The notes: generated by a model not told the origin, from the sequence alone. 64,000 bases of DNA from Octopus vulgaris (GCA_951406725.2 OX597816.1:14446001-14510000), one strand, 5' to 3'. Positions 41,374 through 55,163 are shown, numbered from the stretch's first letter. Translations and numbers: made by a program.

Positions 41374-41665
41374 TATCACCGTGATCGACCAGGCTATCAG
41401 ATGTTGTTACACATCGCTGGTCGCAATGCGCTTCGCATTGTTTTAGGACGCCACCCCGCTGGCTAAGTGAGCAGGCCAACAGAAGAAAGAACGAGAGAAA
41501 GTTGTGGCGAAAGAGTACAGCAGGGATCGCCACCACCCTCTGCCGTAGCCTCGTGGAGCTTTAGGTGTTTTCGCTCAATAAACACTCACAACGCCTGGTC
41601 TAGAAATCGAAACCGCGATCCTACGACCGCGAATCCGCTGCCTTAACCACTGGGCCATTGCACCT

Positions 41666-41667
<2 letters not shown>
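41374..41667 (-). mobile_element. SINE family D, tail type 3
   Basis: Head GGAGGTGCAATGGCCCAGTGGTTAAGGCAGCGG..GGTTTCGATT; tail GCGAAGCGCATTGCGACCAGCGATGTG..GATCACGGTGATA. Confidence 0.85.
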
Positions 41668-41716
<49 letters not shown>

Positions 41717-41740
41717 CCTTTTTTACTAATTATCTCTAAT

Positions 41741-41792
<52 letters not shown>

Positions 41793-42721
41793 GTATATAT
41801 ATATGAAACATGCATATGTACACACACACATATATACATGTATGTATGTACGTATGTAATCCATATAATAGCTTTACAGACCCTAGTACTGGATTTGTAA
41901 AAGAGTATCTTCCACTGTCGATTAAGTATACGTTATTCCATACATCTGTCAATTGTTCTTTCGTGGGCATAAGTAAAGCTCCTGCGTCGTTCGAGATGAT
42001 GAGATGAGTTATTTTCTTCGTTCTCATAACTCAGAGCAAGGAACCCAGGTATAGATGCACGTCCCTTTGTCACACAACTCTGCCAAACGGACTTTTCCTT
42101 CGCTAGATAATTCATATCAAACAAAAGTACCGTGAACAAGACAAAGGTAGCTGACAAGACTGATTTCTTTCTTCTCTATTCGAACTCATCTCTAGCGAAA
42201 AAACGCATATGCCGTTGTAGCCGCTGTTAATCATATCATTTAGAATTTTCCAACTGCTGTTTTATTTTTCTGACAGAAAATCATTAATTGTTATTTTGAT
42301 TCTTTTTTTTGTAGCAAAATAAATGTATTCTTTTGAATAAATAGAATTTTCCTTCATTTTTTCCCCCTGTTTATCCTCTGTAAAAACATATTTGTTTTCC
42401 TTCAATTTCTTTCATTTATTTATTTCCGACGTGCAGGATGCGTATATAATCATCATAGGCGTTTTCTATGTTTACGACTTGTAGGAAAGTAAATATTGTT
42501 ATTTGTAAATTAAATTGTTTTCAAGATGAGTACAAGCGATCAGTGACTTATAATGATTACTAACTTCATCTAAGGCGCGAGTGCAAGTATCTCAAAGATG
42601 CAGGTCACTGGATAGTATCAAACTTTCCAATGCTTACAATATAATTCTTGCTCTTTCTTTTCTTGGGGTGCTCGCACTTTCGTACTTAATCGCAGTATTT
42701 ACACACCTGCCTCTTTCTTTT

Positions 42722-42789
<68 letters not shown>

Positions 42790-42790
<1 letters not shown>

Positions 42791-42915
42791 TTCCCTTTTA
42801 CGATCCCTTTTGATCGAAAATCTACGTCACCTTTTTTTTTTTCTCCCCCAAAAGAAAAGCTCTACCTTGTAACTTGTCCCATCTGTGTGCAGCCCTGTGT
42901 GGCCAATAAAGAAAC
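42790..42915 (+). mobile_element. LINE-type 3' end sharing the young SINE-B tail
   Basis: TTGTCCCATCTGTGTGCAGCCCTGTGTGGCCAATAAAGAAA vs SINE-B TTGTCCCCTCTGTGTTTAGCCCCTTGTGGGTAGTAAAGAAA; the upstream sequence is not SINE. Confidence 0.55.
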
Positions 42916-42923
42916 TTATCTAT

Positions 42924-42979
<56 letters not shown>

Positions 42980-42993
42980 CTATCAATCTATCT

Positions 42994-43219
42994 CTTGCAT
43001 AGCAAGTGACTTGATCTGAGATCGTGTGCTGAAACAAAACAATTGCAGCTTGCAAGGTGTTTATAAGCCATTTAAAAACACACAAAAACTTAATCTATCG
43101 ACCCCGAAAGGATGAAAGGCAAAGTCGAGCTCACAGAATTTGAACTCAGAACGTAGCAACGGGCGAAATACCGCTAAGCATTTCGTCCGGCGTGCTAACG
43201 ATTCTGCCAGCTCGCCGCC
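42994..43219. mobile_element. Terminal fragment of the 60880-61320 element (42994-43090, inverted) abutting a SINE B 5' half (43092-43219, minus)
   Basis: CTTGCATAGCAAGTGACTTGATCTGAGATCGTGTGCTG is a near-exact reverse complement of 61272-61309. Confidence 0.8.
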
Positions 43220-43472
43220 TTTATAATAATGGATTAAATTTGAACATTGGGGATCGATCCACGTAGTAGGCCCCTCGTTAGGTAATCATCTCGAATCGTG
43301 TAAATACCAAAATATACTATCTCACAACGCTGAGTAGTGTTCGGTCTCCCTTTCATTTATATAACTGCTACTATTACTGCTACTACTGCTGCTATATCAA
43401 CAACCACCACTACTACTATTACAATTATTGCTACAACTAATTTTGCACTGCTACTGCATTAATAATACTAGA

Positions 43473-43506
<34 letters not shown>

Positions 43507-43553
43507 ACACCACAACCACTACCACTACTACTACTACCACCACCACCACCACC

Positions 43554-43600
<47 letters not shown>

Positions 43601-44548
43601 CACTTCTACCACTACTTGTACTACTGCTACGGCAACAACTACTACAGCTACTACTACTGTTATTGCTACTACTACCAGTATAGTTATCACTGCAACCACA
43701 ACCAACGCCATCAGTATGACTATTTTTTACAACTACTGTCACCACTACTACTACCATTACTACTACATACTACAACTACTACTACTACTACTACTACTGC
43801 TGCTGCTACAGCTGCTGTGGCTACAGTTACTACTGCATTAATGCTACAAAAAGTACAACTACCACCAACACCGCCAATACTAACACCACCACCACCACCA
43901 CTATCACTACAACAACCACCACTACAACCACCACCACCACTACCACCACCACCACCACTACCACCACCACCACCACTACAACCACCACCACCACTACAAC
44001 CACCACCACCACTACCACCACCACCACCACTACAACCACCACCACCACTACCACTACCACCACCACCACTACCACCACCACCACCACTACCACCACCACC
44101 ACCACTACAACCACCACCACCACTACCACCACCACCACTACAACCACCACCACCACTACCACCACCACCACCACTACAACCACCACCACCACTACCACCA
44201 CCACCACCACCACCACTACCACCACCACCACCACTACAACCACCACCACCACCACCACCACCACCACCACCACCACCACCACCACCACAACCACCACCAC
44301 CACTACCACCACCACCACCACTACCACCACCACCACTACAACCACCACCACCACTACCACCACCACCACCACTACAACCACCACCACCACTACCACCACC
44401 ACCACCACTACCACCACCACCACCACTACAACCACCACCACCACTACCACCACCACCACCACTACAACCACCACCACCACTACCACCACCACCACCACTA
44501 CCACCACCACCACCACCACCACCACCACCACTAACACCACCACTACTA
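43473..44548. repeat. Compound (ACT)n/(ACC)n trinucleotide array with 18-bp higher-order unit
   Basis: CTAC[C/A]ACCACCACCACCA periodicity from about 43920 to 44520. Confidence 0.95.
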
Positions 44549-44737
44549 GAAAAAAGAACAAAATGGCTACAATAAGATAGTACGACTTATTACTGAGAAG
44601 TATATTATATCAAGCAAGTATTCTTAAGTACCCCGTCAATGGGTATCTACAGGTCGCTATATTTGGTGCAGGAGCCAGCAGTAGAAGAAGACAGGCACCA
44701 GAACACTTCATTTGATATCCACCTGGCAGCCATTTAC

Positions 44738-44855
44738 CTGCTCCAAGTTAATGAGGAAACCATGTCGACGATGTACTTTCCAATATGCGTCTGTACTTTT
44801 CTGGGCTGGATCTGACAGACGTTGTAAAATGTCTTCTTCTTCGTATGATGTTACG
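44738..44855 (-). CDS. Candidate 118-nt internal exon, unknown product
   Basis: Acceptor CCTGTTTCAG, donor CAG|GTAAAT, open frame VTSYEEEDILQRLSDPAQKSTDAYWKVHRRHGFLINLEQ. Confidence 0.3.
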
Positions 44856-45292
44856 CTGAAACAGGCGCTTGTGTGTACGTGAGTATCTCTGTGTGTGTGT
44901 GTACGTGAGTATGTCTGTGCGTGTGTGTATGTGTGTGTGTGTGTTGGGGGGGGTGATACATGCATACATTCAATACATTTACCTCCTCTATGGGATGTTA
45001 CAAACACATATGTCTGAGTGTATATATAAAATACATAAAGATAATATATACATATATATATATATGTATGTGTGTGCATGCATCTATGTATATATAAAGA
45101 GAGAGAAAGAGAGGATAGATAGATGTATGTGCGTGTATGCATGCATGTATATATAAAGAGAGAGAGAAGATAGATAGATACATACATACATACATAATGC
45201 ATACAGACATACATTCATACATACATGCATGCATACATACATACATACATACATACATACATACATACATACATACATACATACATACATAC

Positions 45293-45382
45293 ACACACTG
45301 CCCAAATACCAATCTTGAGAAATTAGGCTTCTCAAAACCAGAAAGGAGAAAGCTAATTCGAAGACTACAGATCCAATCCGTC
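45293..45382 (+). mobile_element. Second fragment of the (TACA)n-associated R4-like element
   Basis: HCPNTNLEKLGFSKPERRKLIRRLQIQS is near-identical to 27181-27265 and is again preceded directly by (TACA)n. Confidence 0.8.
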
Positions 45383-46453
45383 TAACTTAATAGCACCACC
45401 TGATAGGATTATCTGAACCCTGTTTAAGTCAAGTTTTGTTTATATATATATATATATATATATATCATCTTAGATGATAGTCGTCTTGCATTCAGCCTGA
45501 GTGAAATGATAATGAATCGTCTGTACGCCATTGGATTTAAGTGAAAAACGCTTGCATAACACTTTTGCCTCTCTCTCGGTCGCCATATTAGGTTCCAGTA
45601 ACCAGCATTGCAAAATCACTCGTACGATTTTGACTGAAAATTTTACGTCAGAGTATCTGTCTCCTAGAAAAGTTGAATCTTCCGCGTTTGTCTCCGTAAA
45701 CAATAGCAGAAACCTCCTCTACATCTAGGAAATCTATTTAATTCATAGTTTGGACCTTGTCAAGGACTACCGTTCCGTGTTAGAACAAAACGGGAGTAAT
45801 GGCAATTAAGGGATGATTACACGCTTCCCATAACTCCAGAACTCCTGAACTGGGGCTTCAACACCGGATGCAGTTCAATGCCGTACCCAGAACATACATA
45901 CATACATACATAACTATATATGCCTATATACATACATGAATGCATACATGGGTACATATATACCTACATGCATACTTACATAAATGCATACGTTTATATA
46001 TACATGCTTGCATACATACAGACATGTATACATACAAACATACATACATACATACATACATACAAGCATATATACATATGTACACACGTATATACATATG
46101 CTCGAGGGTGTTTATGTGTCTATATATACCCTGTTTATACGTGTGTAAGCATGACGTACCCCATCACACACCCTCCTATACAAAACAGTTGCCTTCCTTG
46201 AGTATCTTCGTTCTCTAGACCCTATTTCTATCTACCCAGCAGACACGATTAAAAACAGGGGTTTGATTGTGGTGTATCAGATAAACTAGAAGGGGGTACA
46301 GAGAGAAGGGTAGGGCAAATAATAGATCCTTTTTTTTTACTGTGGTATCTATTGCTGCTTCACATAACACATGTACAAAGCTAAGAATTATATATCGTAC
46401 AGCGAGAAAGATGTTCCAGATGTATAGATCCGAATATAACAGCTCATGAGTAC

Positions 46454-46486
<33 letters not shown>

Positions 46487-46712
46487 GTGAGAGAGAGAGG
46501 AAGGTAGAGAGAGAGCGGGGTTTATGTCCTCAGGCTCTACTGCAGCTGTTGCTGCTACTACTACTACTACTACTACTACTATCCCCCACAATCACCGCTA
46601 TCATCACTACTACTACTACTTGTAGTTATTGCTGTAGTGGATATTGCTTCGAACATTGTAGTAGTAGTAGTGGTGGTTGTGGTGGTGGTAGTAGTAATAG
46701 TAGTAGTAGTAC

Positions 46713-46767
<55 letters not shown>

Positions 46768-46790
46768 TGTGGTGGTGGTGGTGGTGGTGA

Positions 46791-46821
<31 letters not shown>

Positions 46822-47138
46822 TGTTGTTGTTATTGTTGGTGATGGTGGTGGTAGTGGTGGTAGTGGTGGTCGTCGTCGTCGTGAAGGAGGAAGTGGAGGG
46901 AGAGGAGGAGGCCATAAGCGATAACCGTCTGCAATGGCTTCCGGAATTGCTAGATCATGTGATTTCGTCCTTCCTTGGGCTTCTACTACAAGTCAAAACG
47001 AGACGTCCTTTCATCAGAAATGACACAGTATTCTGCGTACTCGTAGTACAACAACCACTTTAAGTGAGAGATAAATATTACCTTTTCGTATTAATACTGC
47101 TTCTGCTGATATTAATTATACATACACACATACAAAAC

Positions 47139-47454
47139 ATTTTATTCTTAAACGCATGATAATGCTAATAATATAACATGAACAGGATAAACTATCCATA
47201 TTTTGCAGAAAAATCTGTCAGCGGTCAGCCATGAAACTCGAACTCACATTCCTATGATTACGCGTCAAATGCTTTACCATTAAAAGAAGAGCCGTTCTGG
47301 CTGTTTAGCTTAATGGTAGAACACTTGACGTGTAATCACAGGGATGTGAGTTGGAATCTCATGGCTGACCGCCGACATATTTTTCTGCAAAATATGGAAA
47401 GTTTATCCTGTTCATGCTATATTATTAGCATCATCCTGCATTTGAGAATAAAAT
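47139..47454. mobile_element. 316-bp palindrome of two divergent tRNA(Thr)-like heads
   Basis: Arms 47139-47283 and 47310-47454. The right side holds GGCTGTTTAGCTTAATGGTAGAACACTTGACGTGTAATCACAGGGATGTGAGTTGGAATCTCATGGCTGACC (A-box, TGT/CGT anticodon loop, B-box). Confidence 0.8.
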
Positions 47455-47534
47455 TTATTTCCTTATTTGTATCTTTCAAATGCATCCCAATTTTTCTAAA
47501 GCAAAATTTGTTGACTTTCAACGTAAGATGAATT

Positions 47535-47623
<89 letters not shown>

Positions 47624-47659
47624 CATATATAGATAGAAAGATAGATAGATAGAGATAAT

Positions 47660-47849
<190 letters not shown>

Positions 47850-48544
47850 AGCGCGCCAATTATAGACAGCAGTAAGGAAAAGCATTTTAAATTCTCAATC
47901 TTCGTACCGTTACAAATTTTGTCCCAGTTTGTTGAAGGTTATATTTACATCTGCTTCAGTCGAAGCGTCCATAAAACAGGCTTCTGTGGCACTTATCAAT
48001 GGTAGACGAGTTTTCTCTCTTTATCTGATGTATCCACATGATTACTCTATCGGAGGGTTTTATTTTTTCTTAATGCTATGTTCTTGTACCATCTGTTATA
48101 TTTATTGCTGATATTTTTTATGTGTTTTGCCTATTTAATACATTGGCACTGTTTTCGGTGTACAGTTACAAACTGGTATAGTTTTATACATATATATATC
48201 TTTTTGATAAAACAGGGCAACCGGAGATAATCTGGTTGATTGCTCTTTGCGGTTCAACTCAAATTTCAATCACTCTTGGTGTGCACTTTTATTTATAATA
48301 TTTACGAGTTCAGTTTTAGTGGCTTGATACTCTGTTTTCATTCTTGCTATGAGAATCGGCGTCAGTCAGAAATTTAAAGACTGAATTAGGCTACAGCGAC
48401 AGTGTTTAAGCTCTTGGTGTTGTAATTGTGCATTTTACAAACCCGATTAATGTTCGATCTCGAAATGTAGACTGGTGCAAAGCATTAATTCAATTACTTC
48501 GCTTCTTCGCCCCAGCGCGGCCGTCATTCAATGACTGAGACAAA

Positions 48545-48627
<83 letters not shown>

Positions 48628-48853
48628 TTGAGGGAATATTATTCCAGACTTACCGGGAAAAATTCAATTTAGAAATACTAAATCAAATTTCGCAAAATAT
48701 AATATATATATAAATTAGAAAAAAACCACCTTTTATCAATTCAAAATGAAAAATTAAATTACACTATCTAGAAAATTACATATAATAGAAATACTAAATA
48801 TAAGATAAAAAATATACCGATGATTAAGTAATGTGCAAAATAATAAATAAAAC

Positions 48854-48900
<47 letters not shown>

Positions 48901-48905
<5 letters not shown>

Positions 48906-49100
48906 ACAAAAGCTGTTTCACGTTTCCGTTGATCGGACATGTTTTGTTAAAAACCTGTCCGACGAACGGAAACGTGAAACTCTGAGTAACAGCTTTTGTT
49001 ATATTTCTGCTGCTTTTAAATAAAGCATATTACTCTATCTCTGGTATTTGAGTACTCCTTTTTCTCGCCTTGTTTCACATTTATCTGCTTACTCCGATAT
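48901..49100 (+). mobile_element. Asymmetric palindromic element in (TA)n
   Basis: ATATAACAAAAGCTGTT..CACGTTTCCGTT..TCGGACA / TGTCCGA..AACGGAAACGTG..AACAGCTTTTGTTATAT (48901-49004), plus about 95 bp of one-sided tail. Confidence 0.65.
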
Positions 49101-49692
49101 GTATATAAATAGATAGACAGACAGATAGATAGATATGCATGCATGCTTTCATGTATGTATGTATAATATATGTGTGTATCTATGCCTTTTTGTCTGGACA
49201 CGTAAAAACTGGTCTCATTTCAAATAATACAACTTGTATTCTCTTTCTGTAACTTAGCTATTTGACATCATATAGATTGTTAAAATATGTACCAACCTGA
49301 AGTAAGAAATGGAACCGAGATATTCCGCTAAATTTTTGAAGTTTTTGAGCCAGTTAAACTGTACTTCTATGAATGGAAGTAGTAAAGGAAAATGTTCGTG
49401 GATGTATGTGCACGCAAGTGTATATAGGTATGTAAGTATATATGACAGAAAAAAGGAAACCAATAACAAATATTTAATGATATTCATCCCTACAACTGTT
49501 TCAATAACTATTACGTGGCATCGTAACAACCATACTTATGTAATTATATAATAATGTAATTATAATTAGACAGGATGGATTTTATGAAATTTGAGCTTTA
49601 ATAATTATTGTTACTTCACGTGCTTAAGCACCATGTGATAAAATCGTGTGTCTGTGTGTGTTTGTGTGCGTGCGAATGTGTATGTTTGCATA

Positions 49693-49757
<65 letters not shown>

Positions 49758-51117
49758 TGTTAGTCTTTGCATTACAAGCTGGAGCTGCACGTACTAAACA
49801 CTTTGTCAGTCGATGTTGTTTGTTTTAAAATGAAAATTTCATGCATTGCCTACCGTAACACCATGTCCTGGGACAACGCCTAGTTAGGTATCTTGTGTCA
49901 ATATCATCTTAATTATTTTCAAAAGCTTCGTTTTAGTACAAACAACGCTAACAGACGAAAGGTTTGTGCCATCAAAATCTGAGAAGCGTCACAAAAGAAT
50001 CTGCTGCGTATAATAAATATACTCCCAAATGTATATCTGTACAGAAGGATACTTGTATGCATGCATGATTGTATGTGTGTGTGTGTATGTGTGTTTGAAT
50101 GCACATGTACACGTACGAATGTATGCATGTATGCATGTAAGTATGTATGTATGTATGTATTTGTGTGTGTGTAAGTATGATGTATGCATGTATGTATTTA
50201 AGCATGCATATATGTGTATGTATATATCTATGATGTATGCAAGTATGCATATGTGTGTATGTATGTATGTCTGCATGTGGTATGTATGTATGTACGTATG
50301 TACGGATGTATGTATGTCATTATTCAGTTTATTTGTATATATGTATGTGTTTATGTATGATGCATGCATGTATATGTGTGCATATATGTATGATGTATGT
50401 GTGCATGACTGTTGTATGTATGTATGCATGTTTATATATATATATATATATACATGTTTGTATGTGTGTGTGTATGTATGCATGTATGCATGTATGCATG
50501 TATGCATGTATGTATGTATGTATGTATGTATGTATGTATGTATGTATTTATGTATGTATGTATGTATGTGGTATGTATGTATGTATGTATGCATGTGGTA
50601 TGTATGTATGTTTGTGTATGTAAAGATGATATATTATTCATTATTAGACCTAATTTTAATAACACGCTAATATTGTAATCGCCAGTTAGTGCCATACATA
50701 TAGTTGTGTGTACATCTCTGTAAGTACGGCTGTCTCCGTGCATGTGTGCGTACGTGCTTTCTCTCACGTGCGCTCGAACGCATACACCTTAATGCCAAAG
50801 TTTAAACTTCTACACTAATTACACCTGTAGTAATGTTTTCCTGTTTTTCATTTTCTCCTTCTGTGCAAGTCTCAAACCTCACCTAACAGGCTAAACATCA
50901 AAATAGCGTGAAACATGCTATGACCTTTCTCAAGAAAGGTCAGGAATATGATGTATGGTAACGCACTATTCTTTAGAATCTATAGTAAGAAACGTAGTCT
51001 GAATCGTTTTACACAATGCCCCCCACCCCAAAGACAAAATCGTGCACGATTTCTAAGTAAACTGTTATTTCTTAAACCATTGAATTGATATTCAAACGCA
51101 AGTTTTTCTTTTACTAT

Positions 51118-51670
51118 ACGGTCATGTGGTTAGGCGGCTCGCTTTGCAACCAGATGGCTTCGCGTTCAATCCCAATGCGCGGTACTTTGAGCGGTACAAT
51201 GCGCGGTACAATGCGCGGTACAATGCGCCGATCAATACTTCGTGAGTTTGGTAGGCGGAAACTATTTGGAAGCCCTTACTATATGTGTGTGTGAATGTGT
51301 GTTTGTGTATGTTTGTCCTCTACCCACCACCGCTTAACGACAGGCGTTGTTTTATTTACAGTCAGTGATGGATACATCGAAACCGGTTTTATTTTAAAAC
51401 TCACAAAGCATCGATCGTCATTGATCGCCTACCAAACTCACAAAGTATTGATCGGTGCAGGGCTTAGAGTAGAAGACACTTGCTCAAAGGGCCGCGCATT
51501 GGGACTGAAACTATTTGTTAACATAGAGGTTCAGCCGACAGGATAAGAACTAGACTTCAATAAAAAGAAATGCGGAAAAGGAGATACAGAATGTAATTTA
51601 TTCGACTTATACGCTTGAAGACGGTGCCCCAGCATGGCCGTAGTGTTAGTCCAGTGATTCAACAAGTAAA
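51118..51670 (+). mobile_element. Degenerate SINE family A pieces, with internal 12-bp tandem (AATGCGCGGTAC) and an inverted fragment at 51430-51510
   Basis: GAGTTTGGTAGGCGGAAACT..GAAGCCC; GGTGCCCCAGCATGGCCG. Confidence 0.6.
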
Positions 51671-51694
51671 ATATAATTTGTAAAGTAACACACA

Positions 51695-51768
<74 letters not shown>

Positions 51769-52159
51769 TATAAAATAAATAAAGTTGGAAAAGGCATAAA
51801 AGCATATTTTAGAGAAAACATTTTATTTTTAAATAAAACCCGTTTCGATGTAATAAAGATATTAAACATTTTCTAAATTATACTATGCCTTTTCCAAATC
51901 CATTTATGTTTTTAGCCATAATGTTTAATTTTTATGGGCTCTTAAACCCTTTCAGCAATATCTCTATATATAAGTTAATTAGAGACTATATTAACCTCTT
52001 AAAGGGATGATTACATCCAAGAAAACACAGGGTAACTACCATATGTTTTTGGGAAATAAAATTTCCAGATATATATTAAGTATATAATCCTTATTAAATT
52101 AAGAGAAGAAATGGAGCGTTAGTGGTTAATATTATATTTTATTAATTAATTTAATACAG

Positions 52160-52214
<55 letters not shown>

Positions 52215-52265
52215 ATTTAATAGATAAAATATATGCATACATACATATATGTACGTACCTACATC

Positions 52266-52319
<54 letters not shown>

Positions 52320-53281
52320 AATACAGGACACCACAAATAAACGTAGAACACAACGAGAAACGAAAGCATAAAAACAACTAGGAAACGGACTTCTTTTTAA
52401 CAACGAAAAAACAGAGTACAAGACATCCGTCGGTTCCAGCTAATCCAATCAACGGAACAGCCTACTCGCGAAATTAACATGCAAGTAGGTGACCACTCCA
52501 CAGATTCGCACACCCTTAACGTAGTTCTCGAAAACCATGTGATTAGGAAGCAAGCCGTTTAATCGCATATTCACATATACGTCCACATGGTTAACTGTAT
52601 CACACTTGGTATGTAAATGAAATAAAATTGTGATAAGTAGCATTAAGTAGAATATAGTTCAATACTTCGTTTTAATCAATTTTGCCTAAAGATCAAAGCT
52701 CTATTTCTATAATTGTTTGTTCAGTATATGATGGTGAAAAAATGCTTGTGGATGGCATGTGTCACTACTAAAAGACAATAGAATCTAAAGTAGAATAATG
52801 CAGATTTGAGACACTCAAAACATGGTAAACTTTGAAAAAAAAGCAGCTACTTAGCTAACACAAGAACATCGTTAAAACTATATTTTGCATACAAATTACT
52901 ACTTGGCAACAGCTGTAAGTAATAATTTATAAAACATTTTCATGAATCCAGCAGTTGTACATAACAAGTTATTGTTTATTAGTTCCTCTACAAATATTTA
53001 CCTATAAAATAAGTTGCACTGAAGGCAAGTACTCCAGGATAGTCTTAGCCACGCTCACTACAACAATAAAAAAGAATCTTAAAAGAAAGAACTAAAGGAA
53101 ACGGTAAAAGCATGAAGACTTTTATAACAAATAGCATCAACAGCAATGAACAACTGGTTATATTTGGTTATATTATACAGCCAACTAAGAGTTCTCTACA
53201 TGGTGGATTGACATGCTAGAAACAGCAGCCAATTCTTCATGAACTAATACTTCCGTCTTGTGTATATCGAGGACAAATAAT

Positions 53282-53512
53282 GGCGGCGAGCTGGCAGAAT
53301 CGTTAGCACGCCGGGTGAAATGCGTAGCCGTATTTCGTCTGCCGTTACGTTCCGAGTTCAAATTTCGCCGAGGTCGACTTTGCCTTTCATACTTCCGGGG
53401 TCGATAAATTAAGTACCAGTTACGCACTGGGGTCGATGTGATCGACTTAATCCCTTTGTCTGTCCTTGTTTGTCCCCTCTGTGTTTAGTCCCTTGTGGGT
53501 AGTAAAGAAATA
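53282..53512 (+). mobile_element. SINE family B, full-length young monomer with about 16-bp TSD
   Basis: Complete head, core and tail; flanks TATATCGAGGACAAAT (53263-53278) and TATATCGGAGACAAAT (53513-53528). Confidence 0.92.
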
Positions 53513-53552
53513 TATATCGGAGACAAATTTGGTAATATTTATCGTTACTTAA

Positions 53553-53760
53553 AGCGGCGAGCTAGTAGAATAGTTAGCATGCCGGACGAGATGCTTAACG
53601 ACATATAGTCCGTCTTTACGTTCTGAATTCAAATTCCACTGAACTTGACTTTCCTTTACATCCTATCCAGATCGATAAAAGAAGGGCCAGCTGAGCTCTG
53701 AGGGCGGTGTAATCGACTCTTTACTCGAACTTGCTGGCCTTGTGCCAATCTTTGAAACCA
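53553..53760 (+). mobile_element. SINE family B, old tail
   Basis: GCGGCGAGCTAGTAGAATAGTTAGC...TTGCTGGCCTTGTGCCAATCTTTGAAACCA. Confidence 0.8.
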
Positions 53761-53907
53761 CTATTCACCGTTACTTAGATACGTAAGCTTGAGCCATTAT
53801 TAGCCGTGAATTAAACGTTTTTTATAAGTCAACACCGTGTTCTACTGTGTTAGCAGTGCGTTTTACATCGCTTGTTAAGGTTATTTCTACAGATGTTGTA
53901 TAGTATA

Positions 53908-54055
53908 GGCGTAGGAGTGGCTGTGTGGTAAGTAGCTTGCTTACTAACCACATAGTTCCGGGTTCAATCCCACTGTGTGGCACCTTGGGCAAGTGTCTTC
54001 TACTATAGCTTTCTGAGTGGATTTGGTAGACGGAAACTGAAAGAAGCCCGTCGTA

Positions 54056-54114
<59 letters not shown>

Positions 54115-54346
54115 GTGTGTATTTGTTTGTGTGTCTGTGTTTGTTCCCCCAACATCACATGACAACTGGTGCTGGTGTCTTTACGTCCCCGTAACTTAGC
54201 GGTTCGGCAATAGAGGCCGATAGAATAGGTACTAGGCTTACAAAGAATAAGTCCTTAGGATCGATTTGCTCGACTAAAGGCGGTGCTCCACTATGGTCGC
54301 AGTCAAATGACTGAAACGAGTAAAAGAGTAAAAAAGAGTTAAAGAG
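53908..54346 (+). mobile_element. SINE family A, full length
   Basis: Head, internal (TA)n(TG)n, tail (TAAAAGAG)n. Confidence 0.92.
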
Positions 54347-54901
54347 TATTTCTATAGAATGTCTGTAGAGATAAACTTAGCAAGTGTTTTTATGTAATGT
54401 CACTCTGATGTTTTTAGAGAGCGTATGACTCTGGAGTCAAGTCATACGTAAAGTAATGAGTTGAAAAAATACAAAAAAATTCCCGTCCAGTTAAAGGAAC
54501 CTTATTCAAGCGATTAATACAAGTTTAAATTCTAAAAACGAACAAGGGAGATAATTCCAATGAGATCAGTTGATTGACAGTGTTAGCCACAAATTAATAA
54601 AGAATGTAGAGTATATTGTGGATTCGCTATACCTTAAATGGGATCATCCCGTTTGAAACGCCTTTGACGATAAAATGTTTACATAATCAGGTCTGACCTG
54701 GATCTCAACATCAACAACCACATATCTGCAAGTATACACACACATATATATATACACACACGCACATACATATATATATATATACATATACATTACTGAG
54801 ATCTCCCTTTTTAGTAGAAGAAATAGCTATAACTCTTTGACTGCTATTTCTAAATTCGGTATGTGGTAAGGCAATTCGTTGCTAAACCCTTTATTGCTTA
54901 G

Positions 54902-54932
<31 letters not shown>

Positions 54933-55046
54933 ACATATATACATACATATATATATACCTACATACATATTTATATGCATATATACATATATATACACAT
55001 GTATACACATATACACATATCTATATCTATACACAGACGCACACAC

Positions 55047-55157
<111 letters not shown>

Positions 55158-55163
55158 TACATA

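Noticed and set aside
41860-42240. Overlapping non-repetitive minus-strand ORFs
   Set aside because: No recognisable motif or convincing splice-site pair.
43616-44575. 319-aa proline-rich, extensin-like ORF (and the poly-Val antisense ORF)
   Set aside because: Pure (CCA/CTA/CAA) trinucleotide array with no synonymous variation, signal peptide or splice context.
45470-45730. 77-aa minus-strand ORF
   Set aside because: No homology recognised and no donor site; the length is compatible with chance.
46950-47020. Minus-strand CUGAUGA ... GGACGAAAUCACAUGAUC hammerhead candidate
   Set aside because: Stem II does not close next to the core and no stem I pairing is present.
47299-47370. Functional tRNA-Thr gene
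   Set aside because: Acceptor and anticodon stems are mispaired, the B-box is mutated and no U precedes the anticodon; treated as a tRNA-derived repeat. SINE heads were likewise not called as tRNAs.
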